A stretch of 64,000 nt of DNA from Mustelus asterias. Lineage: Eukaryota. The stretch covers positions 1,612,001 through 1,676,000 of the forward strand of contig NW_027590120.1 of assembly GCF_964213995.1 (NCBI RefSeq). Reading direction: 5' to 3'. A program made the translations under genes and the position numbers. This document shows positions 49,900 through 62,214 of the stretch, piece by piece. The stretch's first letter is position 1. Every line of letters begins with the position of its first letter. The notes under the pieces were generated by a model. That model was given only the letters and a program-made list of their open reading frames with translations, was not told the origin of the DNA and did not search any database.

Positions 49900-50318
49900 A
49901 TGAGTCTGTTCCATTTTATTATGGTTCTACTAATTTGTAAGTGCAAGAAATTTACTCTATAACGTGTCGAGACTGCTATTTAAGTGCATTTTGCTCCAGT
50001 GCCGAATTGACTAAATGTTTTTTTTATAGATCGGTGTCGTTCGGACCAAGTTTCACAAACTCCCATAGCCAGAACAGCCCAGAGCGGGGATTCGGTGCGG
50101 CTAAACTGCAGCTATGATATGTCCAGCATTTACAGAATGTATCGGTACAGACAAAAGCCCGGTCAAGGTCTGCAGTGGATGATACGCAGATTCTCGGATG
50201 GCAAAGAGAGAAAGGACCGATTCGAATTGCAACTTTCCACTGCGGACAAATCGAGCCAGTTGATGATTGAAAACATGGAGAGCACGGATACCGCTTTGTA
50301 TTACTGTGCGATAGAGCC
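49900..50318 (+). CDS. TCR alpha/delta-type V gene segment, open frame (leader 49900-49936, V exon 50030-50318)
   Basis: MSLFHFIMVLLI|gtaagt...atag|YRCRS-DQVSQTPIARTAQSGDSVRLNCSYDMSSIYRMYRYRQKPGQGLQWMIRRFSDGKERKDRFELQLSTADKSSQLMIENMESTDTALYYCAIE. Both Cys are present and the conserved Trp is Arg. Confidence 0.9.
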
Positions 50319-50357
50319 CACACTGAGAGGAAAGACGGCAGTCACTGTACAAAAACC
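50319..50357 (+). promoter_or_regulatory. 23-bp spacer RSS
   Basis: CACACTG, 23 nt, ACAAAAACC (consensus nonamer). Confidence 0.95.
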
Positions 50358-50589
50358 TCACCCCTGTTTACAGTTGCCGTAGCGATCTAATAAACAGCAC
50401 ACTGCAGGCAAGACATGTCAGAACGAGAACAGGAAATGGAGTATGTGAGCGCGGTTGTCAGGGCTTTGCAATTCCTGACAGCGGCTTTGCTCAGACATAT
50501 TGACAGTCAGGGCATAACTTATCCGATTGAAGAAGCAGCCACTCAGTGAGAGTGGGTTTTGTGATGAGAAAATCATCCGCATTCTTTAA

Positions 50590-50905
50590 TTTAAGGATGA
50601 TACTGCATTGTCTTACAGTCTGAGGAATCGGGGTAGACCATTTAGGACGGAGGTGAGGAGACATTTCTTCACCCAAAGAGTGGCGAGCCTGTGAAATTCA
50701 TTACCACAGTAAGTAGTTGATGGCAAAACATTGAATGCATTCAAGAGGCGGCTAGAAATAGCACTTTGGGCAAATGAGATCAAAAGTTGTGGGGGTAAAG
50801 CAGGATTAGGCTGAGTTGGACGATCAGCCATGATCGTAATGAAAGGCGGAGCAGGCTGAAAGGTCCGAATGGCCTCCTCCTGCTCCTTTTTCTATGTTTC
50901 TATGT
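50590..50905 (+). mobile_element. CR1 3' fragment
   Basis: FRTEVRRHFFTQRV motif and ttctatgtttctatg tail. Confidence 0.8.
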
Positions 50906-50909
50906 CTCG

Positions 50910-51730
50910 AATCAGACATTTGGTCTATGCCCAAATACCGCAAGACCTAAACAATATTCAGGTTTGATCTGATAAACAAGCAACATTCACGTCGCACAAG
51001 TTCCAGACCATGATCATCTCTTAAAAGAGAGGATCTAACCAACGTTCCTTGATGTTCAATGGCATTGCCATCGCTGAATCCTCCCCCCTGCTCCCGCCTC
51101 CCCACCTCCCCCACCTCCACCCCCCCCCCCCCGCCCCCACACACACCCCCTTCCCCACCCCCACCCTCATCTACATCCTGGGAGTTGACCGAAAATTGAA
51201 CTGGACCCAGGAATATTAATACAGTGGCTACCAGAGCAGATCTAATGAATCCTGCGGCGAGTAACACGCCTCGTGACTCCCCAAAGCCTGTCCAGCATCT
51301 ATAAGGTACAAGTCAGGAGTGTGATGGAATACTCTCTGCTTGCTTGGATGAATGTAGCTCCAACGAAACTCAATAAGGTCGACAAGATACATGACAAAGC
51401 AGCCCGCTTGATTGCTACCCATTCCATAAACATCCATTCCTGCCACCACAGACGAACAGTGGCAGCCGTGTGCACCATCTACAGGATACACTGCAGCAAC
51501 TCACCAAGGTTTTTTTTAGATCGCAAAATCCAAACACACGAAGGACAAGGGCAGCAGACAAATGGGAACACGACAACCTCGAGGTTCCCTTCCAAGTTAT
51601 TCCACATCCTTACTTGGAAATATATCGCTATTCCTTCACGCTCACTGGGTCAACACTCTGGAACTCCCTCACTAACAGCACGTGGGTGTACCTGCATCTC
51701 GGGCAGCGCTTCAAGAAGGCAGCTCACCAC
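50910..51730 (+). mobile_element. Old non-LTR retrotransposon 3' fragment
   Basis: YKVQVRSVMEYSLLAWM, AARLI and HRRTVAAVCTIY RT C-terminal motifs. Confidence 0.8.
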
Positions 51731-52208
51731 CACACAATACACCAATGTCAGCTGTGAGAATCGACTATCTTCGTGCTGATGGGTAGGCATCTGTGTCCCG
51801 GATTTATAATAATAGTCGTGTTGTTTGGTGAGTCTATGTGGCAGTTATTCTACATCTCATTTGTTAAGCACTTAAGATTTTTATCCAATTAGTATTTAGC
51901 ATACTCCAAGTGTACCGGAGATTCGGTGTCTGGGGGGGGGGGGGGGGGGGGGTCGTGGTATTTGAGCTAGCAATTCTGAAAGAACAGCCTGTAATTTCCT
52001 GCCATATTTTCACCTGAGTTCACCCTGCTGATGATATTCCTGGTTCGTGCTTACTATGTAAATCGCGGCATGGGGATTTCCCAAACTGCTTCTTTGCCGA
52101 TCTCAATCAGGACAAAATGCCCGATAAATAGATCTGACTGCCTTCGTGAACCCGGGGACAAACCATTCTCGCAGAAGCAAACTTAATGGACCTGTAGAAA
52201 ATGGCTGA

Positions 52209-52247
52209 GGTCTTTGTACGGGGTTTTAACTGTAATCTAACGTTGTG
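52209..52247 (-). promoter_or_regulatory. 23-bp spacer RSS
   Basis: CACAACG, 23 nt, ACAAAGACC on the minus strand. Confidence 0.88.
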
Positions 52248-52740
52248 CCTAATTGCACAGTAATTGACAGCCCCGTCCCCCACACTGAAGGTGGCTGATA
52301 TTAAGGTAACCGTTCTGATTAGACTTGTTAGCTATCGCCAGATATCGTCCTGAAACTTTATCTTCCTTCATTGTTAATATTTTGGAAATAATCCATGTCG
52401 GTGGCTGTGCCGGTTTCTGCTGATACCATTGCATGCTGTGCATATCCTTTTCTCTCTAATTACAATGTAACTGCGCCAAAGCCCCTTTCCGATGCGGTTA
52501 TTGTCACCGGTGACTGAGTTACTGGATCTACGCACAGCCCGTCTGGAAAGGCAGAAGAATGAAATATCAAGTGTTAACGTAAATGTGTTTGTATCTGCGA
52601 TAGTTTGTGGAACCTCCATTCTGCGCATCGCATGGATATTTTAGATTGTTAATCAAGTTGCCATCAATATATTTATCCGGTTTGATGAACATCATCCAGT
52701 GCTTACTGTGCGAGAGCGCCGCCAGTATGACCAAAAGCAT
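52248..52740 (-). pseudogene. TCR alpha/delta-type V pseudogene (leader 52707-52740, V exon 52248-52542)
   Basis: MLLVILAALSH|gtaagc...ttccag|NGLCVDPVTQSPVTITASERG/AQLHCN*REKDMHSMQWYQQKPAQPPTWII...GYLNISHLQ/VGDGAVNYCAIR. It has two frameshifts and a stop. Confidence 0.9.
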
Positions 52741-53295
52741 CGCAGCCCATCTCTCTCGGTGAATGCGAACGGAATGAGTCAGTGATTGAGGAGAGAGGGA
52801 ACCCGGGCTCTGTCCGGCTGATTCCAGTGAGTGAGTGCGTGTATGTGTGTGCGTCTGGGTGGAGTGGGGAGGGGTGGTTGGTCAGTCTATTGTGACATCA
52901 CAAGCCATCCATACATGCTAACATTTGTGACGCTGGGACTTGAATTTGGCGCCGTCTGTCAGCAAATGCTTTTTATTGCAGCTCGGATTTTCCTGTTGAG
53001 TTGATTGGGGGGGGGGGCGGGGGAGGGGCGGGGGGGCGGGGGAGGGGCGGGGGGGCGGGGGCGTGGGGGCGGGTGGGGGGCCAGCTAGGGTAAATGCATA
53101 GGGTGATGGGGATAGGGTCTTGGGTGGGATTGTGGTCGGTGCAGACGCGATGGGTCGAATGGTCTCTTTCAGCACTGTCGGGATTCTATGTTTCTCTGCT
53201 GAGTGCTTTCAACAATTTTGGCTTTTAAAGAGATTTATAAGCTGCTTTGGATGCAAACAAATGAGTGAGACTTTGGTGAAAGGACTGCAAGTGTA

Positions 53296-53383
53296 GAGTC
53301 ATTGGTCGAGCGGAACGATTCTTGCTCTTGGTCTTTGAAATCAAAGTATGCGAGAAGTCTAGACTTCACATGCCGGCCGAGCT
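53296..53383 (+). pseudogene. tRNA-Pro-like pseudogene with an insert after the anticodon
   Basis: TCATTGGTCGAGCGG..GATTCTTGCT..TGG, about 16 extra nt, then TGCGAGAAGTC..TTCACATGCCGGCCGAGC. Confidence 0.55.
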
Positions 53384-54438
53384 GTTTGATGTTTATTGAC
53401 TAATCCGCAGGTTTTGTGCATTTCATTCAGGTGCAGACAGCGGGATTGGTTAATATGTGGTCTGGTTTGAAATCCTGAGCACAAACTGCAGGGAATCCAT
53501 CAGCACAACACGCTCACGAGAAAAAACATTTTCAAAAGGATTGACTTGGCAGCGGACATTCAGTTTGTCACCCTTCATCTGTTCAAGGGATCCCATGATT
53601 GCCCGTTCTTTTTCTTTTATTCATTAACGAGATGTGGGTGTCACTGGCTGGGCCTGCATTTATTACCCATCACTAATTACTTTTGAGAAGGTGGTGGCGA
53701 GCTGCCTTCTTGAGCAGTGCAGTGTATTGGTGCAGGTACATCCATAATGCTGTTCGTGAAGGGGTACGGGTTGTTTTTCCTGGTCATTATATTTCCAAGT
53801 CAAGGTCATTGATTGCCTTGAGGGGAACCTACAGGTGGTTGCGGTTTTGGATTTGAAAACAGCTGTCTCGAGTGTATTTGGTGAGTTCCTGCATCATCCA
53901 GATAAGTGGGGAGTATCCACTGACACCCGACTTATGCCTTGTAGATGGTGGACAGGTTTTGGGGAGTCAGGTGAGTTACTCGCTGCAGGATTCCCAGCCT
54001 CTGACCTGCTCACGAAGACACTGCACGAACTGATAATATGTTTGCTGAGTCAAAATAAGAGCAGTTCTTTTCCTGCTCAGTGTGCAGAGAATTTACAACA
54101 CTTCTATTTCTTTGTTCTGGATACATGTTGAGGCATATGTAAGAGCTAATGGCACATGTGTGTAAAATATTATGTTCAAGTAATATTCGATCGTTGATTC
54201 ACTGAGGGGAACGGTGAGTAGTTGGATAGCCTTATTGTATTTAGACAGCAGTTTGAATTCCAACACGGCAGGTTAACTCAGCAATTCAATTCAAGGGCAA
54301 TTAGGGATGATTGTAAATGAATAAAGACACTCTGAATGATGAAACTTTTCCTCACAAGTGAACGCAGAATTTTAAAAAAATTCTGCCTGATTTCGAAACG
54401 TTGGACCAATATGTAACATCTTCCACAAGGTTGGGTGT

Positions 54439-54511
54439 GGGCCAGTGGCGTAATGGGTAACGGCTCTCCCTGCATATCAGAAGGCTCTAAGTTCAACTCC
54501 TGGCTGGTTCG
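54439..54511 (+). pseudogene. tRNA-Arg(ACG)-derived pseudogene
   Basis: GGGCCAGTGGCGTAATGG.TAACG...ATCAGAAG..TCTAAGTTCAACTCCTGGCTGGTTCG. Confidence 0.8.
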
Positions 54512-54949
54512 GCGTGAAACTTTAAAATAGGTTTACCAATTCCATATTACTTTGGATAAAAAATGTCTGCATTAACTTTCGATCTCTTCAGACAGATGCT
54601 GGCGAACTTTCGTCCGCTTCTCTGGAGAAATTGATGTTAGCTAATGGCTTTTCAACAGAAACTGACTATTTTAAGTTAAATTCTACTCAAAGATTTTCAT
54701 CAAGTAAGTTTAAGACATTAAGTAAATGTTAATCTCAATTACGTTTTGTTCATAATCCAGAATGTCTGAGAGAATTTACACAATTTTGTATAATGTGCGT
54801 CATCAAATTCAGCATTTCTGATTTTGGAGAAAGCATGTGAGGCCGGAGTCAGAGCAAAGATAATATGGCTGCAACATCGAGATTCAGATAATGTTTACCA
54901 ACAAACTGAAATCAAACATATTCCTCTCACCCTACATGGGAAACCTAAA

Positions 54950-55290
54950 TGAATGTTCCTTCCTGGTCAGGAACCAGGAACCGCCTGCGTATAAGGTGAA
55001 TGTGATAACCAAGTGACCGCATAGCGCCGCCAATCGGCCTGACTACAATGTTCAACTCCACAGTGTTGCTGCAGGTTCTAATGGTGAGATTGAGGGCCCA
55101 TGTCACTCAATACAAGAACACATCCGTTACTTTGAACCTGATATCTCAACTTATCTTGTACTTCAAAGTTAAAAAGCGATCGTCCGGCAAATGTCTAAGG
55201 GAGCAATGATTTCTGCTCAATCATTAATGCATCATTCTCATCTTCCGTCCAATAATTTCAACCGTTTATATCCAGTATTGGTTCGTTATT
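54950..55290 (-). repeat. Degenerate tRNA-Val plus flank, paralogue of 56140-56480
   Basis: Shared flank (gtgttgctgcagg...gcaatgatttctgct...cattaatgcatcattctcatcttcc) and a tRNA-Val remnant at about 54954-55012. Confidence 0.7.
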
Positions 55291-56146
55291 CAACATTTAA
55301 TATCAGTACATTTATTTAACCAGATGTCCGCATTCTGAATTGAGTATCTCTGAAATATAAAATATTGAATTGCAAACATGACTGACCATCAAAATAAATC
55401 TATTCACTGGGTAATACACATCCTATGGTACTTATTGGAGAATGACCATACTTTTTTAAAAAATCACATATCTTCCAAGGGAAGAGATTTAAGAATGATC
55501 TGTTATTTATACTTGACCCTTCTTTATTCTGTGTGTAAAACATTGTGGCATTTAAATCTCGTTCATCTGTAGGAAGTCCAGCAGGTCCGCACTGATTCGC
55601 GATTTCCTCATCTGCCTGAGTGTTTGTTTCCTATTTCTTTATCATGAAGAACAATTTTTAAAATGATGCTTCGAAGAAATGTGCGCCATTACCTCTAATT
55701 CAATTGCAGCTTCACTTCCGTTTGCCTTCATGAGGAGGCAATACTTTCAGACATGTTTCAGATGGTGATTAGATATGTTAGTCTGCATCCATAAACCCAT
55801 TAAATTATGTTGTGGGCTGAACGAGGAGCGAATATGTATGCAAACCATACAAACATTTATTTGCTGTCATAGCGTCCTAAAATACAGCATTTCTGATTTT
55901 CCTCAAAGCATTTGAGTTGATGTAAGATCTGATTTTCCTAAATGCATTTGAGTTGGTGTAACCTCGAGGTTCGCTGAATGTTGAATCATGCAGAAACCAA
56001 AAGAGAAAATGCTGGAAAGTCTCAGCAGGTCTGGCAGCATCTGTAAGGAGACAAAAGAGCTGACGTTTCGAGTCCAGTTGACTCCTTGTCAAATCTTTAT
56101 TAAATCATGCAGACTTCGCCCAATCTTAACGAGAAGGATCCAAAAG

Positions 56147-56219
56147 TGCTTGCGCCCTGTTTCAAACCGGGGTCTTTCCGCGTGTGAGGCGAATGTAATA
56201 ACCACTACACTACAGAAAC
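56147..56219 (-). pseudogene. tRNA-Val(CAC) pseudogene
   Basis: GTTTCTGTAGTGTAGTGGTTATTACATTCGCCTCACACGCGG...CCCCGGTTTGAAACAGGGCGCAAGCA. The acceptor and T arms have mismatches. Confidence 0.85.
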
Positions 56220-56484
56220 TGACAGCACCCTGCTGCTCATCGGCCTGTCGGCAATGTTCAACCGCGCTGTGTTGCTGCAGGGTCCAATGGTTCGAATGTG
56301 AGCCCACGTTACTTAATTCAAGAAGAAAACCGTCTCTTTCAACCTGACTTCTCAACTTAGCTTGATCTTCAAAATGTAAAAGTGTTCGTCTGGCAAATTT
56401 CTAAGAGTGCAATGATTTCTGCTGACTCATTAATGCATCATTCTCATCTTCCTTCGAATAATCTCAACCAATTGTACTCATTAC

Positions 56485-58985
56485 TTAGAACATAGAACAC
56501 AGAACATAGAAAAGCTACAGCACAAACAGGCCCTTCGGCCACAAGTTGCGCCGAACATGTCCTTACCTACTAGGCTTCTTATAACCTTATATCTTACTAA
56601 CTTCCATGGGCTTATCCAAAAGTCTCTTAAAAGACCCTATCGAATCCGCCTCCACCACCACTACCGGCAGCCGATTCCACGCACCCACCACCCTCTGAGT
56701 GAAAAACGTACCCCTAACATCTCCTCTGTACCTACTCCCCAGCACCCTAAAGCTGTGACCTCTTGTGGCAACCATTACAGACCTGGGTGAAAGCCTCTGA
56801 GAATCCACTCTATCAATACCCCTCACCATCTCATACACCTCTATCAGATCACCCCTCATCCTTCGCCTCTCCAAGGAGAAAAGACCTCGCTCTCTCAAGC
56901 TATCCTCATAAGGCACCTAATCCAGGCAACATCCTTGTAAATCTCCACTGCACCCTTTCTATGGCTTCCACATCCTTTCTGTAATGAGGCGACCAGAACT
57001 GGGCACAGTACTCCAGGTGGGGTCTTACCAGGGTCCTATACAGCTGCAGCATTATCTCCCGATTTCTAAACTCAATTCCTCTATTGATGAAGGCCAGTAT
57101 TCCATGCGCCTTCTGAACCACAGCCCCTATCTGAGACGCTGCTTTGAGCGTCCTATGAACCCGGGCCCCAAGATCCTTCTGATCTTCCACACTGCCAAGC
57201 GTCTTACCCTCAATATTACATTCGTTCATCCTATTCGACCTGCCAAAATGAACCACCACACACTTATCTGTGTTGAAGTCCATCTGCCACTTCTCCGCCG
57301 TGTCTTGCATCTTATCTATGTCTCGTTGCAACTGCTGACATCCCTCTACACTATCCACAACACCACCAACCTTTGTGTCATCAGCAAACTTGCCAACCCA
57401 TCCTTCCACTTCCTCATCTCGGTCATTTATAAAAATCACAAAGAGCAAGAGTCCCAGAACAGATCCCTGGGGCACTCCACTGGTGACTGACCTCCATGCT
57501 GAAAAAGACCCATCTACAACCACTCTTTGCCTTCTGTGGGGAAGCCAGTTCTGAATCCACAAAGCATGTCCCCTTGTATCCCATGCCCCTTCACTTTCTC
57601 AATGAGCCTTGCATGGGGCACCTTATCAAACGCCTTGCTGAAATCCATATAATCTACGTCTACCGCTCTTCCATCGTCTATGTGTCTAGTTACATCTTCA
57701 AAAAATTCAATTAGGCTCGTAAGGCATGATCTGCCTTGGATAAAGCCGTGCTGGCTATTTCTGATCATACTATTCCTCTCCAGATGTTCATAAATCCTGC
57801 CTCTCAGGATCTTCTCCATCAACTTACCAACCACTGAGGTTAGACTCACCGGTCTATAATTTCCCGCGCTATCGCTTCTCACTTTCTTCAATAACGGAAC
57901 CACATCCGCAATCCTCCAATCCTCCAGAACCTCTCCCGTCTCCATTGATGACGCAAAGATCATCGCCAGAGGCTCAGCAATCTCTTCCCTCGCCTCCCAT
58001 AGTAACCTGGGGTACACCCCATCCGGTCCCGGCGATTTATCTACCTTGATGCTTTTCAAACGCTCCAACACATCCTCTTTCCTAATGTCCACATGCTCAA
58101 TATTCTCAGTCCACAGGAAGTCTGCACTGCAACTACCAAGATCCTTTTCCACTGTGAATACTGAAGCAAAATATTCATTGAGTACATCTGCCATTTCTAT
58201 CGGTTCTAAACAGACTTTCCCACCGTCACATTTGATAGGTCCTACTCCTTCACATCTTATCCTCTTGCTCTTAACATACTTGTAGAATGCCTTGGGGTTT
58301 TCCTTTATCCTGCCCAGCAAGGCCTTCTCATGACCCCTTCTTGCTCTTCGAATTTCCCTCCTAAGTTCCTTCCTACTAGTCGTATACTCTTCTAGATTTA
58401 TAACATTACCTAGCTCCCTGAACCTTTTGTAGGCTTTTCTTTTCTTCTTGGCTAAATTCGTTACAGCTTTCGTGCACCATGGTTCCTGTGACCTACCATA
58501 ACTCCCCTGTCTCATTCGTACGTTGCTGTGCAGAGCTCCAGACACATTTTCCTTGCCACATTTCTTCTGTACATTTCCCTGAGAAAACCTCCTTCCAATT
58601 TATGCCTCTAATTTCCTGCCTAATAGCCTCATAATTACCCTAACTCCAAATAAACACTTTCCTAGCTTGACTGATCCTATCTCTCTGCAATGCTAATGTA
58701 AAGGAGATTGAGTTATGATCACTATCCCCAAAGTGCTCTCCCACTGAGAGATCTGACACCTGCCCAGGTTCATTCCCTAATACCAAATCAGGTACAGCCT
58801 CTCCTCTTGTAGGCTTATCCACATACTCTGTCAGGAAGCCCCCCTGAACACACCTAACAAACTGCTCCCCATATAAACCCCTTACCCTAGGGATATTCCA
58901 ATCGATATTTGGGAAATTAAAATCTCCCATCACGACCACTCTGTTATTATCACATGTCTCCAGGATCTGCTTCCCAATCTGCTCC
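56485..58985 (-). mobile_element. CR1 (HER1-like) LINE, 2.5 kb of ORF2 (endonuclease C-part plus RT), frameshifted
   Basis: VVMGDFNFPNIDW, DSDHN, KSPGPDG, NYRPVSLTS, PQGSVLG and KFADD motifs. Same subfamily as 40325-41576. Confidence 0.96.
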
Positions 58986-59159
58986 TCTTGCTCAGATTGT
59001 ACTGCACATAACACTGAGAGATTGATCTGTGTGAAGTCCCTTACTCAGGTTGTTCTGTACATAAGCTGTACATAAGATCGGCTACAGCCTGGATTTAGCA
59101 GACTATATCAACCCTGATTAACTTTAACCTCATCTAAAAGCCACATCCATGATACCCGT

Positions 59160-59920
59160 AAGACAATAAAATATAGGAACAGAATTAGGCCATTAGGCCC
59201 ATTGAGCCTGTTCCACTATTCAATTCTGGCTGATAAGTTTCTCAAACGCATTCTCCCGCTTTTTCCCTGTAACCCTAGAGCCCTTTACCAGTTGAGAACC
59301 TAGATATCTCTTTCTTAAATACACTCAGTGACCTGGCCTCCACAGCCTTGTGTGACAATTAATTCCACATATTCGCCAGTCTCTGGCTGAAGAAATTCCT
59401 CCTCGTCAAAGTCCGAATGTAAGAAGTCTCACAACAGCAGGTTAAAGTCCCACGAGCTTTCGAAAGGCTGCTCCTTCATCAGGTGTGTGGACAACTGGTG
59501 CTGTGAGACTGCTTACTGTGCCCACCCCAGTCCAACGCCGGCAGGTCCACATCCCAGTTCTAAAGGGTCATCCGTTTCCTCTGAGGTTGTGCCTCTCCTA
59601 CTAATGAAATATCAGCCCCAAGTATACTCTATCCAGGCCTTTCATTATTCTGTAAGTTCCAATGGTATCCCCCTCCTCATCCTTCCAAACTCCATCGAGT
59701 ATAGACCCAAAGTCCTCAGATGCTCCTCATGCGTTAAGTCTTTCATTCCCGGATCATTCTTGTGAACCTCTTCTGGACCCTCTCCAAATCCAGCACATCC
59801 TTCCTTAGATACGGGCCTAAAATTGCTGACAATATTCTGAATGTGGTCTGAACAGAGTCTTATTAAACCTCAGCAGTATACCCCTGCTTTTATATTCTAG
59901 TCATCTCAAAATGAACGCGA
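59160..59920 (-). mobile_element. Old CR1 3' fragment with a small Penelope-like insert (about 59420-59550)
   Basis: CR1 C-terminal and tail motifs are interrupted by ggttaaagtcc / ccccagtccaacgccggc. Confidence 0.75.
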
Positions 59921-60267
59921 GCAGAGGGAGCTCTGTTACATAGAATGAATACTGAAAGATTTACGGTCCGACCCTCCATTATTTCCAACTTTCCATAACT
60001 CCCTGACCCGCGACATCCCATTTAGGCTGTAAATTTTCTACTTTGGGTATAAAAAGTGTTGGATTGAAGGGGGTTAAGTGAAGCTGTTTGTTTAGTGACT
60101 GTAATTGATGTGAGTCTCCATGGATCCGATTAGTGTGTCTGGAGGGATTTCCCTCTTCTATTAATAAGGGATTCCGTTCAATGTGTTGTCCCATTGAGGC
60201 AGCGGGAGCGACAACTCCGGCACTAACAGAGATCAGCGACTGTGGAGAGAGAGGGAGGGAGAGGAGA

Positions 60268-60351
60268 GATCAGAATCTGGGAACAATGGATTGGAATGTT
60301 TCAACAATGGATCAGAATCAGGGAACAATGGATTGGAATGTTCCAACCAAG
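60268..60351 (+). repeat. 21-bp tandem repeat (4 copies, 42-bp superperiod) at the GPCR N-terminus
   Basis: gatcagaatctgggaacaatg / gattggaatgtttcaacaatg / gatcagaatcagggaacaatg / gattggaatgttccaaccaag. Confidence 0.85.
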
Positions 60352-60487
60352 GATAGGAGTTTATTCTATTGGATTTCTTGGTTTACTGCAGATTATTTGT
60401 GGATAACATCAGCTCATCGGATTGAATATCTACTGAAGGCGATTCAATGCATTTACTATCCCCTCCTGGCCATTGTCGGAGTTCCGG
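60286..60487 (+). CDS. Second GPR139/GPR142-like GPCR, exon 1 (exon 2 not in window)
   Basis: MDWNVSTMDQ...IEYLLKAIQCIYYPLLAIVGVP+G|gtaagt has the same YYP.LA.VG.P end and phase-1 intron position as 26732-26801. The start codon is uncertain. Confidence 0.82.
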
Positions 60488-60999
60488 GTAAGTCCCTGGC
60501 TGGAATTGTAACGGCTCGGCCGCCACGGGAATCGGAGCAGGTGAGGGTCGGAGCATGGGGAGGATTGTTGAACACGGGTGGGATTTTGCAGCTTTGGGAA
60601 GAGTGAGGCTGTAAAGTCCCGTCCCCTGTGTCCAGCTCCTAATTCTAGAAAGGCTGTTTAACTGTATTGATTTCCTTGACATTTACTGTACTCGGCTTGC
60701 TGCTCTTCTTGTTTCTGTTGAATCTCTGTCTCCGGTTATTAATTCTTTCAGCCACTGACAATTGTCTGAGGGCCTATGGGCTTGGATGTCTTCTGTGTGC
60801 TGTGACTTTCCATAGACATGTGACCTCAAACGCTATTCCATCGTGAGTAAAAGATTGAGACAGAATCATTTTTACCCTCTGCATATAACACCAGTTCACC
60901 CACCAAATCACCACGCCACAGCATCAATTTTATTGGTCATATATGCACAGCAGGATCCCACAGAGAGAGAACATATTTCATAAAAGTTGAAATTTATGC

Positions 61000-61283
61000 A
61001 TCAGTGTCACAAGTATGCGAACATTAACATTGCAATGAATTTACCTATAAAAATCCCGGAGTCGCCACACTCCAGCGCCTGCTCAGGTACACTGAGGGAG
61101 AATTTAGCATGGCCAATGCACCTAACCAGCACAACGTTCAGAGAGTGGGGGGAAATCGGAGCACCTGGAGGAAGCTCACGCAGACACAGGGAGAACGTGC
61201 AGACTGCACAGACAGCAGCCAAGACTGGAATTGATCCAGGGCCCCTAGTGCTATGAGGCAACAACGCTATCCCTTGTACCATC
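61000..61283 (-). mobile_element. HE1-related SINE
   Basis: Diverged head and core motifs. Confidence 0.82.
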
Positions 61284-62214
61284 ACAAACTCTCCCAGAGC
61301 CACAGGAACACGAACACACAGACATACTCAAACGCACATATATTAATACAGACAGTTACTGATAGAAGCAATCAGATTAGACACTTACTCGCACACACAC
61401 AAATTCAAGAAGCAAAATTGCTGTAACACTCCAGAATAACGCACACTTAGGAATACGCGTCAGGTACTCTGTTGCTCACACACAAACACACATGCATACT
61501 GGTACAGACAATATAGACACACGCAACACACACACAGTAGGGGGCAGGATAACCACTACTGCCTGCCCATTGATGGCGTAACAGCCGAGAACTCAGTTCC
61601 AGGCCCCATTTCTCGCCTCTTGCAACCTTCACCCGCAACGGAAATGCGGCGGATTGAGTCTCCTGCCCATTTCTGGCAAGAGGCTGAATAAATAATTGAA
61701 ATTTATTTTAAAACAAATTTAATTAAAATTAGCGAGCCTGGGATGTAATCGTCCGGGCACGCTTACCTTTGCAGCCTCACCCGGAGAAGTTGTGTCCGGT
61801 GAGGAAAAGAGCTGGCCACATGTATGAGGACGAGTTGTGATGGCCTCGCTGGTTGAAGCGAAGGCCATTGAGGACACCGGGCAAGGTCGAGGGCAAAGGA
61901 AGGTTCCCCTTGGGCAATGCCCACCGGGCAGTACCAGAGGGTGGGGCCTGAGGTGGCAGGGTCTACAGAGCGGAGCCTGAAGATAGTGGGGCCTGCGGGC
62001 CATGGCGTGCAGGAGCGGGACCTGCAGGGGTGGGAGTTGAAGGGGCAGGTCCTGCAGGCAGATGGGCCCTTGGGGAGCGGGCTGATCCATTCAGGAGAGT
62101 GGCCCAATGCCACGCTGCATGTGATTGGTGGAGTCGGGAGCGCACCCCCACTGCTGCTCTGCACGTGATTGGAGAGTGTAGCGGGTCCTCCAGCCACTCT
62201 GCACACGATCGGTG

